DNA of 58,063 nt from Octopus bimaculoides. Lineage: Eukaryota. This document shows, piece after piece, positions 1 through 10,492 of the stretch (positions are counted from its first letter, which is position 1; every line of letters starts with the position of its first letter). Made by a program: the position numbers and the translations under genes. Where the stretch lies: NCBI RefSeq assembly GCF_001194135.2, contig NC_068982.1, positions 99,553,047 to 99,611,109 of the forward strand. Reading direction: 5' to 3'. The notes below the pieces were generated by a model. The model was given only the letters and a program-made list of their open reading frames with translations, was not told the DNA's origin and did not search any database.

Positions 1-100
1 TAAAATGTTTTTTGACTAAAACACAACTGGAACCCTAAGTAAGGCATCTGTAAATTTTGAATGAAATTGGTTGTGTAGTTCTCGAGTTTTAGGGATTCAC

Positions 101-131
<31 letters not shown>

Positions 132-157
132 CACATTCTCATTTTTATATATATAGA
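1..157 (+). mobile_element. 3' end of a probable non-autonomous Helitron-like element with internal (CAGA)n
   Basis: aaattttgaatgaaattggttgtgtagttctcgagtt, then (CAGA)n, then a TATATATAGAT end; layout resembles Lep1-type non-autonomous Helitrons (family recognition from memory). Confidence 0.45.
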
Positions 158-172
158 TATATATATATAATA

Positions 173-402
173 TTTCTTATATTGCCCACAGGGGGCTCAA
201 CATAGAAGGGACAAACAAAAACAAAGGGATCAAGTCGATTACCTCGACCCCCAATGCGTAACTAGTACTTATTTAATCGATCCAGATAGGATGAAAGGCA
301 AAGTCGACCTCGGCGGAATTTGAACTCAGAACATAACAGCAGACAGAATACCGCTAAGCATTTCGCCCGGCATGCTAACGATTCTGCCAGCTTCCCGCCT
401 TA
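173..402 (-). mobile_element. tRNA-derived SINE, family 1
   Basis: Reverse complement of aaggcg..agctggcagaatcgttagc..gttctgagttcaaattccgccgaggtcgactttgcctttcatcc; A/B-box-like head; about 10 further copies in the window. Confidence 0.85.
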
Positions 403-420
403 ATATGTATGAATGTATGT

Positions 421-574
421 TATAAGTCCGACAGCTGTTTCTGGGAGCTCAGTGATCCATAATAATGGATTATCCAATGTTAATTGCATCCATACAGCCG
501 CATATCGTGATGAACTAAATCTAGCAACATTCTTATGGATCACCGAGCCCCCAGAAACAACTGTTAGACTTGTA
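421..574. repeat. 42-bp imperfect inverted repeat (arms 421-462 and 533-574, 70-nt spacer)
   Basis: tataagtccgacagctgtttctgggagctcagtgatccataa vs reverse complement of right arm tacaagtctaacagttgtttctgggggctcggtgatccataa: 36/42 identical. Confidence 0.85.
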
Positions 575-1029
575 ATACCTTTCACCCACCCATTTAATCT
601 TGATAGTTTTATGACTATACCCACTGTGATTTCTGTCGACTCCCTCAGCCCCTTTCCAAACAGACACTGCTCCTTGTTCCTTGGCATTAAATTTTGATAT
701 ACAAAGATTTGATAAACAAAACTATAAATTAAAACTGACCCCCAAAAAACAGTAACATGCTAGATCTCTTATAAGTCTTTCTTCCTGATACCTTAGTCGC
801 TTCTAAGCTGAACTAAAGACAGTATGACCTTTGTCTATATCCTTACCTTCTTGGAGGTTTTAGGTAAAATTATACTAATGTGTTCATTTGTTTTAGCTTA
901 ATTTAATTCTCTGTATTTATGCAGCTGAGTATTGCTCTGCATTTAAATTGATGTAATGGTTGTATTCTTCAATTAGTGGAGTCGCTTGAAACGATGGTAC
1001 TGCATTACCTCTGGATATCATGTTGCTCA

Positions 1030-1080
1030 TTATATATATATATATATATACATACATACATACATACATACATACATACA

Positions 1081-1092
<12 letters not shown>
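1030..1092. repeat. (TA)n/(CATA)n microsatellite
   Basis: Direct reading. Confidence 0.95.
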
Positions 1093-1111
<19 letters not shown>

Positions 1112-1824
1112 CATTCAGCTACGGTAGCAGTTAAATAATATTCTTAAGGCCGCAATTTACTCACACGCAGCATCCTTCAGATCTTGCCACTAATTCAGTT
1201 CTTAACCAAATTGAAAACTGTTAACATTTTTTGAAGAGAGCTGATCCCCAGCTACATTTTGGCATAAAAAATTGAGATTTGATCCAGCAGAAAAAAGTTT
1301 ACATCAAAATGTGTAGCAACGTTATAGGAGAGTAAGTCATGCCACCAATCAAGTTTACATCTAAATAACTTTTTAATTTAAAAAACAAAAATTGTTTATC
1401 TTAACTTTAATGATAGAAGAAAGCATAAAGAATTTCATAGTTTTGTTCTCATGCAACAAAAATTTGTATTAAAAAAGTTATGAGGTAAAATATCACGAAA
1501 ATAATATAAGGCAAAAAAATTGGGTTCAATTATAATTAACTTCTTTATTTTTAAAACAAACTATATTTTAATTTAGCTTAAATGATAGAGCTCAATTCGA
1601 GGAATTTCATGGTATCAATCTCATGCAATGAAGTTTTAAAAGAAAAAACGTTATGAATGTTTGTTTCTCAAATTTGAGGGTGATAATATAGTTCTATACT
1701 TTTTTATGAATATAATTTTATAAGGTCACTTTTAATATATCACCGACATCATTGAGGTAAGGAAAAAATTATCAACGACACCACTAATTGACACATTTGA
1801 CACATTATTAATTATCATAATAGC

Positions 1825-1980
1825 AAAGCCTGGAAAAAACATGGATTACAGGGGAAAATGCGAGCAAGAGAAATAATATTCTTAAGATTATAAGCCTGGA
1901 AAATTACAGGACAAGTAATTACACTTGGAAAAGTTCAGGACAACTTGTTACATCTGGTAAAGTACGGAACAAGAAAATTT
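1825..1980. repeat. Degenerate ~30-bp minisatellite, 3-4 copies
   Basis: aagcctggaaaattacaggacaagtaattac / acttggaaaagttcaggacaacttgttac / atctggtaaagtacggaacaag. Confidence 0.55.
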
Positions 1981-2491
1981 TTATTTAAGATATTGCAGCT
2001 AAGGATAAAATTTGAATATTAACAATTATTTGATTTCAATTTACAGAGTAACATTATAATTAAAAAAAGGTACCATCATTTTACTAAAATATTGACATAC
2101 TAGAATAAAAAAATGAGAGCCAGAATTACCAATATAGCTAAAGTTTTATGCAAAGTAGAATAGTATATATGGTAGGCAAATTCATTACGTAAAAAGTGAA
2201 GGAGGAAGAGTGAGAGAGAGAAGGAACGGTGAAAAGGAGATATATGTATATGGAGGTAAAAAACTGTTTATCCGCTATCTAGTTCGCTGCTTAATAACTG
2301 TGAATTCAATCTCTGTCAGATTTAAGTTTGTCCTTCATTTGTTTCCATATGATAAATTAAATCCTAGTAGAAACTGAGGAACGATTAACCAACTTATATA
2401 TCACTATTATCCATTACACAAAAACAAATCAGAATGCATCGAAAAATACATATTGCTTACCTGATCTATTTTTTCTTATTTTTCTTTTTAG

Positions 2492-2663
2492 TTTTCATTC
2501 TGTGTTGGAGCCCCTACATGATCTACGACTTATTGCAAGTATACGACCTCCTGGAAGAAAATGTCGCTGTTGCTACATTTGTACAAAGTTTAGCTCCACT
2601 AAACAGTGCAGCAAATCCTATTATATATGGGATTTTTACAACACGAATTTGTAAGAGCCTGAG
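2492..2663 (+). CDS. CCAPR: CCAP (cardioacceleratory peptide)/NPS-type class A GPCR, exon encoding TM6-TM7-helix 8
   Basis: (V)[17 protein letters not shown]...[34 protein letters not shown]: CWxP and NPxxY motifs plus the DLLQV and [12 protein letters not shown] signature of CCAP receptors; polypyrimidine tract and AG at 2490-2491; donor AG|GTAAAT at 2664. Confidence 0.85.
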
Positions 2664-3195
2664 GTAAATTCCACTATGTTATTATCTAAAAATATATCTT
2701 CAGTGCTCCCAGTTGTATATTTGAATTCGGCAGAAATGATAAAGTATCGGACTTTAATCCCTTTAAGAATTAAGTATGGTGGGAGTGAATGTTCTGTAGT
2801 GTTCGACTTATCCACTTCTTTAGTTGTCGATAAATACCTATAAATGACGCAAGATTTATTCAAACGACTACATCCTTCTCTTTACAACGTTGATCTTCTT
2901 TCTACTTAATATTTGGCGTTAAGTGTGTACATTAAAAAGCAAGATGCTGGTGAGTCAGTGGTCTTTTTATACATACTTGAAGCTTTTCCACTTCGCTTAG
3001 CGACTAATTCGAATGGATCAGTTTCTCAGTTTATTTAATGACTTAGATATAGGAGGAAGAATAGCAGTAATGATCCTTTTCAGAGCCATCTAAACTAGTA
3101 GAAGGAAGGGACAAAATTTGTCCTCGGACCAAATATCTGACCCGATTGCATTTCCTACAGAACAGAGTTCATTAAAGATCCTTAAGGACTAACTG

Positions 3196-3329
3196 TTTCC
3201 GCAAATTTCTCTCCAGAGTTTTGCACGATCCGAGGCTATGGAATAAGATACTTGCCTAAGATGCCGTGTGGTTGGATCGATCCAGAAACGCCGGAGTTAC
3301 GAAATGAACTTCTTAACCTCACAACCATT
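3196..3329 (-). mobile_element. SINE family 2, 5' fragment
   Basis: Reverse complement resembles the tRNA-like head ggttaagaag...ggcatcttaggcaagtatctt of the copies at 16057 and 20478. Confidence 0.55.
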
Positions 3330-3980
3330 GTCCTGAAAATATAGGCTTAGAATTGTACCAAATCAAAAATGAATCAATATTGTTAATTTTTACATTATCT
3401 AATTTATAACATTATTAATGATTCACTTACAGGAAGAGTTGAGCTCTACGGTACAAATCACAAACATTCAGAAAATATATGTTGTTTCTTTGCTCATGTA
3501 CTCATTTGATGTAGTGAACCACTCAATTCAGCAGTTCATTGAACTAGATCGACTAAGCAATTCAAATCTACCAGTCAGCATCGTTGCTCATAAGATTTGT
3601 TCCTTCAGCGCACGGCTTGACTTGTGGATTCTGCTATTCACAATTATCTCTGGTTAAATACGAATAACATATCTTTACTATTATTCTACCTTAGCTATAG
3701 GCTTCTTTGATACTAGAATTTGAAATCGTATTGTTGGTTTTTTTTTGTTTTGTCTTTTTTGGATTATGTCTTCGTTACAATTGCTATTGAACTGCTATCA
3801 GTAGAAACTAATTAAACCAGATCTAGCTACACCGGCTAAAACACTTTCAATAACTCAATCTACAAAATCGAGTCTTTGTCATGTTTCTTTCTCAAAAAAA
3901 AACCTACAATTATATTTGCATTTCTATAAAATCAAAATCTGTGTATTATATATCTATTCTTTTTTTATTTTATACAACAG

Positions 3981-4233
3981 GAAAATGAAACGGATTAAAA
4001 ATGGAGTTGGTATGGGTAGAATGAAGTACTGTATGTCAAGACGACAAACTCAGCGGACGTCTACCTTCTATACAGATATAAGCTCTGTTCGTGAAGCAAT
4101 GCAGAAACTTTCTTGTGGCTCTAACACATCTTTTCCTAAAGTGACTTGCTCCAACAGTAAAATGGATGTTTCACAAAATGCAGCTGCTAATGAATTCCAA
4201 CCGATATCTCGAACGGTCAGCAGAAATATATAA
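3981..4233 (+). CDS. CCAPR: Terminal coding exon of the same GPCR (Ser/Thr-rich cytoplasmic tail)
   Basis: Acceptor ttttattttatacaacAG at 3979-3980; phase 2 matches the 2663 donor (AG+G=Arg), reading RKMKRIKNGVGMGRMKYCMSRRQTQRTSTFYTDISS...SRNI* to TAA at 4231-4233. Confidence 0.7.
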
Positions 4234-4597
4234 ACTTTGGTTGACTCAGGATCTAAATAATAATAGGTGTAGAGAAGCATGTGTGAAACTTCAAATGTTC
4301 TATAAACTACTAATAACATGGACAAAAAAAAGGAAGGAAAAATAAGAAGTAAATATTTGTTCATTTAAAATTATATTTTGTGAATGAAATATGACTTTAA
4401 ATAGTATTAATAGTTAAATTTAATAATTAATGATATCTGTTGGTAAATCCTAATGACAAAATCCCCAAATATCTATTTACTGATGATTCATTTTTCGCCA
4501 AGTATACGCACAATTGTAAAGAAACACATGTAAACATAACAATCATATATAGGAGAGCATTGGAGTTCGCTTGAAGTATTGTGTATTGTTTGTAAAG

Positions 4598-4603
4598 AAT
4601 AAA
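4598..4603 (+). promoter_or_regulatory. Candidate polyadenylation signal of the GPCR
   Basis: AATAAA about 365 nt after the stop codon; common hexamer in AT-rich DNA. Confidence 0.3.
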
Positions 4604-6323
4604 GTGCTTTGAATGGCACAACACTGCATTATAATAACAACAAATGGCTATAATAACTGTTGTAATTTAATCATCCATAGTCTGATATGANNNNNNNNNN
4701 NNNNNNNNNNNNNNNNNNNNNNNNNNNNNNNNNNNNNNNNNNNNNNNNNNNNNNNNNNNNNNNNNNNNNNNNNNNNNNNNNNNNNNNNNNNNNNNNNNNN
4801 NNNNNNNNNNNNNNNNNNNNNNNNNNNNNNNNNNNNNNNNNNNNNNNNNNNNNNNNNNNNNNNNNNNNNNNNNNNNNNNNNNNNNNNNNNNNNNNNNNNN
4901 NNNNNNNNNNNNNNNNNNNNNNNNNNNNNNNNNNNNNNNNNNNNNNNNNNNNNNNNNNNNNNNNNNNNNNNNNNNNNNNNNNNNNNNNNNNNNNNNNNNN
5001 NNNNNNNNNNNNNNNNNNNNNNNNNNNNNNNNNNNNNNNNNNNGAGGGGAGAGAGAGAGGGGAGAGAGAGAGGGGAGAGAGAGAGAGATAAGATATAAAT
5101 CAGAAACAATAGCATATTTTCCTAAATGTCAATCTGCTCGAAGTTTGCTCTACTTCATTAATACAACAATTTTATGGCATGTTTTCATAGTATTCCAGGT
5201 AAGCTGCACAAGTGTAAATTCTTTTTACTTTTTCCAAATTTTCTGAGATGTTAGATGATGGGAAACAAAAAAAGGCATTGTGTTCATGCTTTTCCAAAAA
5301 GGGTTAATGTTCTGAGTGAAATAAGTTGAAGTTGCTACGACTGGGAATCAAAAATATGTTGCAGAATCTGCTCACTGAAAGCCTTTTTTAAAATTCAAGT
5401 TTTATATCATATCCGATTCGCTAAACGTCTAGCAACATACATCCTTAACCTATCTTCTTGCAGTTCTGCAGGTTTTGCAGGAAAAGAATACTGACCTAAC
5501 ACCTTATCCATAGGCTATCTTTTTTCTCTTACGGGTTTATTTGGACTAAACCGACGTTATACTCATTAACATGATAATAAGTTTTTTACTATTTTGTGGT
5601 ACATACTTGTCACTAGGAGGGCTGGAAATTGCGCATTAAGTGTTTTGACAAACAGAACACTCAAATATATCATACAGTACATCAGACATATCAAAAATGT
5701 TTAATGAATATTATTCAGTTGCAATGTGAGTGCTCTTAAGGAAAAAGTATACGCTCGACAGAACGCATCTGTAAGACAGTGTCAACCTCTGATTGTAAGT
5801 GTTTCACTTCAATGATATTGATTATGCCCTTAGCAATAAGCAATAAGTGTAATTGTTCCCATTTATCTTTCAAATCAAATTCGCCTGTGAGTTTCTATTG
5901 CAATGCGTCGTTAATGGCATTCGGAAAGGCATGTTCATCATCAACATCCATCCCCGGTTGCCTTAAAAGTTCAAAACCTTGTGCGTAGTCAACTGGAACC
6001 TTTACAAATCGGTTATTAAATTTTTTTATGAATTTCATTATTGCACACACACACNNNNNNNNNNGGAAAGCGAGAATGCCTTACCTCAGTCTGCGCTTTC
6101 GTACAATGTACGCAAAATGTTCATTTTGTCAAATATAAATAAAAAAGCTGGTACTGAAATGTAAAAGATCATTTTGGCATATTTACATATTTTCATTATT
6201 GATGATGCTGTTTGACCGAAGAATACTAAATTTTGTTATTCATCGCCATGCGTATATGAATCACATTCCTGTTTCGCATGATTAAATTTTTATACTTGTT
6301 TTGTAAGGTATTTATTATTATTT

Positions 6324-6782
6324 TCGTATACACACAACAGATCAAACTCTTGGAAAAGAAAAAAATTCTAACATCGGGCTACAATAAGTAACCTTTGATG
6401 CCAAGAACCCTCCTAAGTATCCTAGCTCTCCCTAATAACACTGTTTACTGGAGCTGTACTAAACTGGGTTTTCTGCCTAGTTCCTCTAACCATCTCTTCA
6501 AATCTTTAGCGATAGTTCCTAATGCACCTATAACTACTGCGATGCATTTTACCCGCACTTTCCATAGTCTCTGTAATTCAGTGGCTAGGTCCTGGTACTT
6601 TGATATTTTTCTATACCTCTCATATTGATTTTTTTTTCATCATTTGGGACTGTAAAGTCAATTATCTATTTGAATAAGGCTTTCCTCTTTTGATTTGCAT
6701 AACCTACATTGGGAATCTACTTAGTTTTTGTCTATCTTGGCTTTTATCCAATTAGTCCTTAATGCTTGATCTTTTGCAGCTG

Positions 6783-6783
<1 letters not shown>
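6324..6783 (-). mobile_element. R4/Dong-clade non-LTR retrotransposon, 5'-truncated 3' end (element A)
   Basis: Minus strand: AAKDQALRTNWIKAKID..DSQCRLCKSKEES (zinc knuckle start) and KYQDLATELQRLWKVRVKCIAVVIGALGT..VLLGRARILRRVL (restriction-like endonuclease C-terminus); stops and an internal deletion; (AAT)n at both ends. Confidence 0.8.
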
Positions 6784-6810
<27 letters not shown>

Positions 6811-6813
<3 letters not shown>

Positions 6814-8596
6814 TAGTCTTATTTTTATAATGTGCTTTCACGGCACTATCGAGCACAGCTCTGTGTGCCTTGGGTATGTGCTGTGGTTTGCTGTGATGCT
6901 CTTATGGTTACTGTATTGAAAGTGTTTTGCGTAGGATGTGTGCAGTGCCCAGTAGTGCAATTTTCTGTATGTTATATATATTTGTAAGTCCTGGTGTTTT
7001 TGTTATGTATTTGTCTGAATATTTTTTTTATTATACCTAAGGCACCTACTATGATAGGAATTGTTTCTGTTTTTAGACTTCACATTCGAATTACCTCTAT
7101 TTCCAGGTCTTTGTATTTTGAAAGTTTCTCCNNNNNNNNNNNNNNNNNNNNNNNNNNNNNNNNNNNNNNNNNNNNNNNNNNNNNNNNNNNNNNNNNNNNN
7201 NNNNNNNNNNNNNNNNNNNNNNNNNNNNNNNNNNNNNNNNNNNNNNNNNNNNNNNNNNNNNNNNNNNNNNNNNNNNNNNNNNNNNNNNNNNNNNNNNNNN
7301 NNNNNNNNNNNNNNNNNNNNNNNNNNNNNNNNNNNNNNNNNNNNNNNNNNNNNNNNNNNNNNNNNNNNNNNNNNNNNNNNNNNNNNNNNNNNNNNNNNNN
7401 NNNNNNNNNNNNNNNNNNNNNNNNNNNNNNNNNNNNNNNNNNNNNNNNNNNNNNNNNNNNNNNNNNNNNNNNNNNNNNNNNNNNNNNNNNNNNNNNNNNN
7501 NNNNNNNTGTTATGTTTCTTTTCATTATATGTTTTTGGTAATTTCTGGTGGGGAGGCTTTGGTCTTCTGCTGGAATTAAAAACCCTTCAGTCTCTGCTTT
7601 GAGTCCTGAGCTTCTCAGCCATTGCTGGGATTTAGTTTAGCCCAGTATTTGCCATGAAGGGGCTTTTCTTGCCATCGTTTTATCGTGGTTCGTTGCTGTT
7701 CTACTTTTAGCTTGGATTTAATTTGTTTTACAGCTTTTGTTGTTTCTTCTCCTTCATAGTTGTTAGGTAGTATGTCTTCTTGTTTGTATTTGTCAGCTTC
7801 CTTAAAGACTGAAAACAACTTTTGGTTTTGTTCGTGTTTTGTAACAATTTGTATTAGTTTTCCTTGCTTCTGAAGTAGGTATTTTTGTAGTCCTATGGTG
7901 GTTATTTTGTAATAGTTTTCTAGCTGTATAAGTCCTCTACCACCTTCTATACGTTGTATATATAAACTTTCTATGTCAAATTTGGGTAGTGCATCTTAAA
8001 TCCTGTGATTATTTTCCTTGTTTTCCTGTCTATTTTGGTTAGCTCATTTGATGTCCAGTTGAGGATATTGTAGGCTAGAGTACTGATGCCTATTAACTTG
8101 CTTTTCGCATTGAGCTTTGTTTTCAGTATATAGTATTCTTTTTTTTTCCCTTTCACTTGTGTGTGTTGTATCCTATCTAGTTCATTGATTCCTAAATATT
8201 TGTATGTCTGGCTTTGGTCTAATTCTCTTATTTCATTTGCTTTATCTAGTGTGATGTTGCTACTCTTAACTAGTTTTCCTCTTTTCAAGGTTCCTTTGGC
8301 ACATTTTTCTAAGTCAAATTTCATATTTATTTCTTTGGTAAATCCATGTACTGTCCGTAGCAGCTGTTTATCATTTGTAGAGTTTTAGGTGGCTGATTGT
8401 TTTGCCGTAACAGTTGTATCCGGATCTAGTTCTGTTTCGCATGTCAGATAAAGATGTCAGTGCCAAGCAGAAAAGGAGTGGAGAGAGCGTGTCTCCCTGG
8501 AATATACCCCTTCTAATGGAGATAGCTTTGGTTTTTATGAGTCCCTCTTTTGTTTGGAGCTGTAGCACTGTCTGCCATTTTCATAGGGTGTCTTAG

Positions 8597-8597
<1 letters not shown>
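6811..8597 (-). mobile_element. R4/Dong-clade non-LTR retrotransposon, 5'-truncated (element B), spanning a gap
   Basis: Minus strand: IRRGIFQGDTLSPLLFCLAL, MKFDLEKCAK, TYKYLG, KPLHGKYW, WLRSSGLKAETEGFLIPAEDQSLPTRNY, then EKLSKYKDLEIEV..PIIVGALG..KIALLGTAHILRKTL*; frameshifted; bounded by (TAT)n at 6784-6810 and 8598-8655. Confidence 0.85.
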
Positions 8598-8655
<58 letters not shown>

Positions 8656-8658
<3 letters not shown>

Positions 8659-8749
8659 CCATCTTATTTTTATCCCATGATTTCACTGCACTACCGAACG
8701 CAGCTCTCTGTGCCTTGGGTATGTGCTGTGGTTTGTTGTGATGCTTTTA
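8656..8749 (-). mobile_element. 94-bp 3'-terminal fragment of the element B family (element C)
   Basis: Clearly homologous to 6811-6905 (cagctct.tgtgccttgggtatgtgctgtggtttg.tgtgatgct); (TAT)n on both sides. Confidence 0.85.
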
Positions 8750-8751
8750 TA

Positions 8752-8805
<54 letters not shown>

Positions 8806-8838
8806 GTTATTATTATTGTCATCATCCTTATTATTATT

Positions 8839-9052
8839 AAGGCGGTGAGCTAGCAGAATTGTTAGCAATCCGGGAAAAATGCTTAACAGTATTTCGTCCG
8901 TCTTTACGATCTGAATTCAAATTCTGCTGGGGTCGGCTTCACCTTTCATCTTTCCAAGATTTATAAAATAAGTGCCAGTTGAGCACTGGGGTCAATGTAA
9001 TGACTTGCGCCCTTTACTTGAAATTGCTGGAATTGTGCCAAAATTTGAAATC
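8839..9052 (+). mobile_element. SINE family 1, near full length; a partial copy follows the (TAG)n array at ~9128-9215
   Basis: aaggcggtgagctagcagaattgttagc...tcaaattctgctggggtcgg...gtgccaaaatttgaaatc. Confidence 0.85.
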
Positions 9053-9074
9053 ATTTCTATCATTATTATCATTT

Positions 9075-9128
<54 letters not shown>

Positions 9129-9517
9129 AGATAGTAGCTGGCAGAATCTTTAGAACGGTGTACAAAATACTTAACTGCATTTCGTTAGTGTTTATGTTCT
9201 GAGTTCAAATTCCCCCATTACCACATATTCTACAGTTACTTACATTTTATTTTAGGCGTGGCTGTGCGGTTAGAAGCTTGCTTCCCAACCACATTGTTCC
9301 GGAATTAGTGGCACCTCGGGTAAGTGGTACGTCAGATTTTCCGTTGTGTATACAAAATTCCGTTGTTATTTTTCTTGTTTCCAATTAAAAATATTGGAAC
9401 TATAACTTATAACTGGGACAGCTAAAGTATTGATGCCTATTATCTTATTTTTCGCGTTAAGCTCAATTTTAAGTACTAATCTAACTCGGCTATAATATCC
9501 GTTCCTTATATTCTCTT

Positions 9518-9792
9518 CCATTTGTGGGTATTGTAACGTATCTAGTTCATTGATTTCTAAGTATATGCATATCTAGATTTTGGTCTAGTTCTCTTATTTC
9601 ATTTTCTGTATCTCGTGCGATATTGCTTTTCTTAACTAATTTTCTTCTTTTCAAGATTGCTTTGGCACATTTTTCTTAGCCTAATTTCGTATTTCTTTGG
9701 TAAATCTATACACTTTCATTAGTAATGTTTCTAGTTGTTTATCATTTGCAGCATAGAAATTGAGATCATCCACATACAAGTGATGATAGATC
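9518..9792 (-). mobile_element. R4/Dong-type reverse transcriptase fragment
   Basis: Minus strand HLYVDDLNFYAANDKQLETLL..EKCAKAILKRRKLVKKSNI..NEIRELDQ; homologous to 8150-8390. Confidence 0.75.
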
Positions 9793-9951
9793 ATTGTTGT
9801 TGTTGTTGTTGTTGTAATAACAAGTTTAAAATACGTACTTCCTGTTTGTTTTCCTTGGGCTGAATAAAACGGGTATTGCTTAATTTATTTTTCATTTTTT
9901 TTGTGCATGGTGGTTGGAGACGGAAATGGTCTGATGTTGATTGGATCGTAA

Positions 9952-10252
9952 TGTGGTGAGCGTGTTTATACGTGTTGTGCGAGTCTTGGAGATGATACAC
10001 AGTTAAAATACATCATTTCATTTGGAAAATAGAAATAAATTTTAATGAGTATTACTTACTCGGATATAGTCCAACACTTTTAATGAGTATTACTTACTCG
10101 GGTATTGTTCAACACTTGGTCAGTGTGGCGAGCGTGTTTACACGTGTTGTGCGAGTGAAGGAGAAGATATTCAGTTAAAATACATTATTTCATTCGGAAT
10201 ATAAAAATACATTTTAGTTAGCATTACTTACTCGGATATAGTCCAACACTTT
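9952..10252. repeat. Tandem duplication: ~129-bp unit, 37-bp partial, ~129-bp unit
   Basis: tgtgg[t/c]gagcgtgttta[t/c]acgtgttgtgcgagt...cagttaaaataca...ttacttactcggatatagtccaacacttt at 9952-10080 and 10124-10252; partial at 10081-10117. Confidence 0.85.
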
Positions 10253-10392
10253 GCCAGTTATTTTAGGCTCCATTTGTTGTCTTTATTCCCGATGTTTTTG
10301 GGTAGATTTTGGAGAAGCGTTTTATCGCTCGCACATGTTAAACATCCCCGATTTTCTTCTTCTTCTNNNNNNNNNNTTAAACATCCCCGATT

Positions 10393-10419
10393 TTCTTCTT
10401 CTTCTTCTTCTTCTTCTTC

Positions 10420-10492
<73 letters not shown>
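10393..10492. repeat. (TTC)n(TAT)n compound microsatellite
   Basis: Direct reading. Confidence 0.95.

Noticed and set aside
8839-9052. Idea that family-1 SINEs are mobilised by the TAA-targeting Dong elements
   Set aside because: SINE sense strands are flanked by (TTA)n whereas Dong sense strands are followed by (TAA)n, and there is no shared 3' tail
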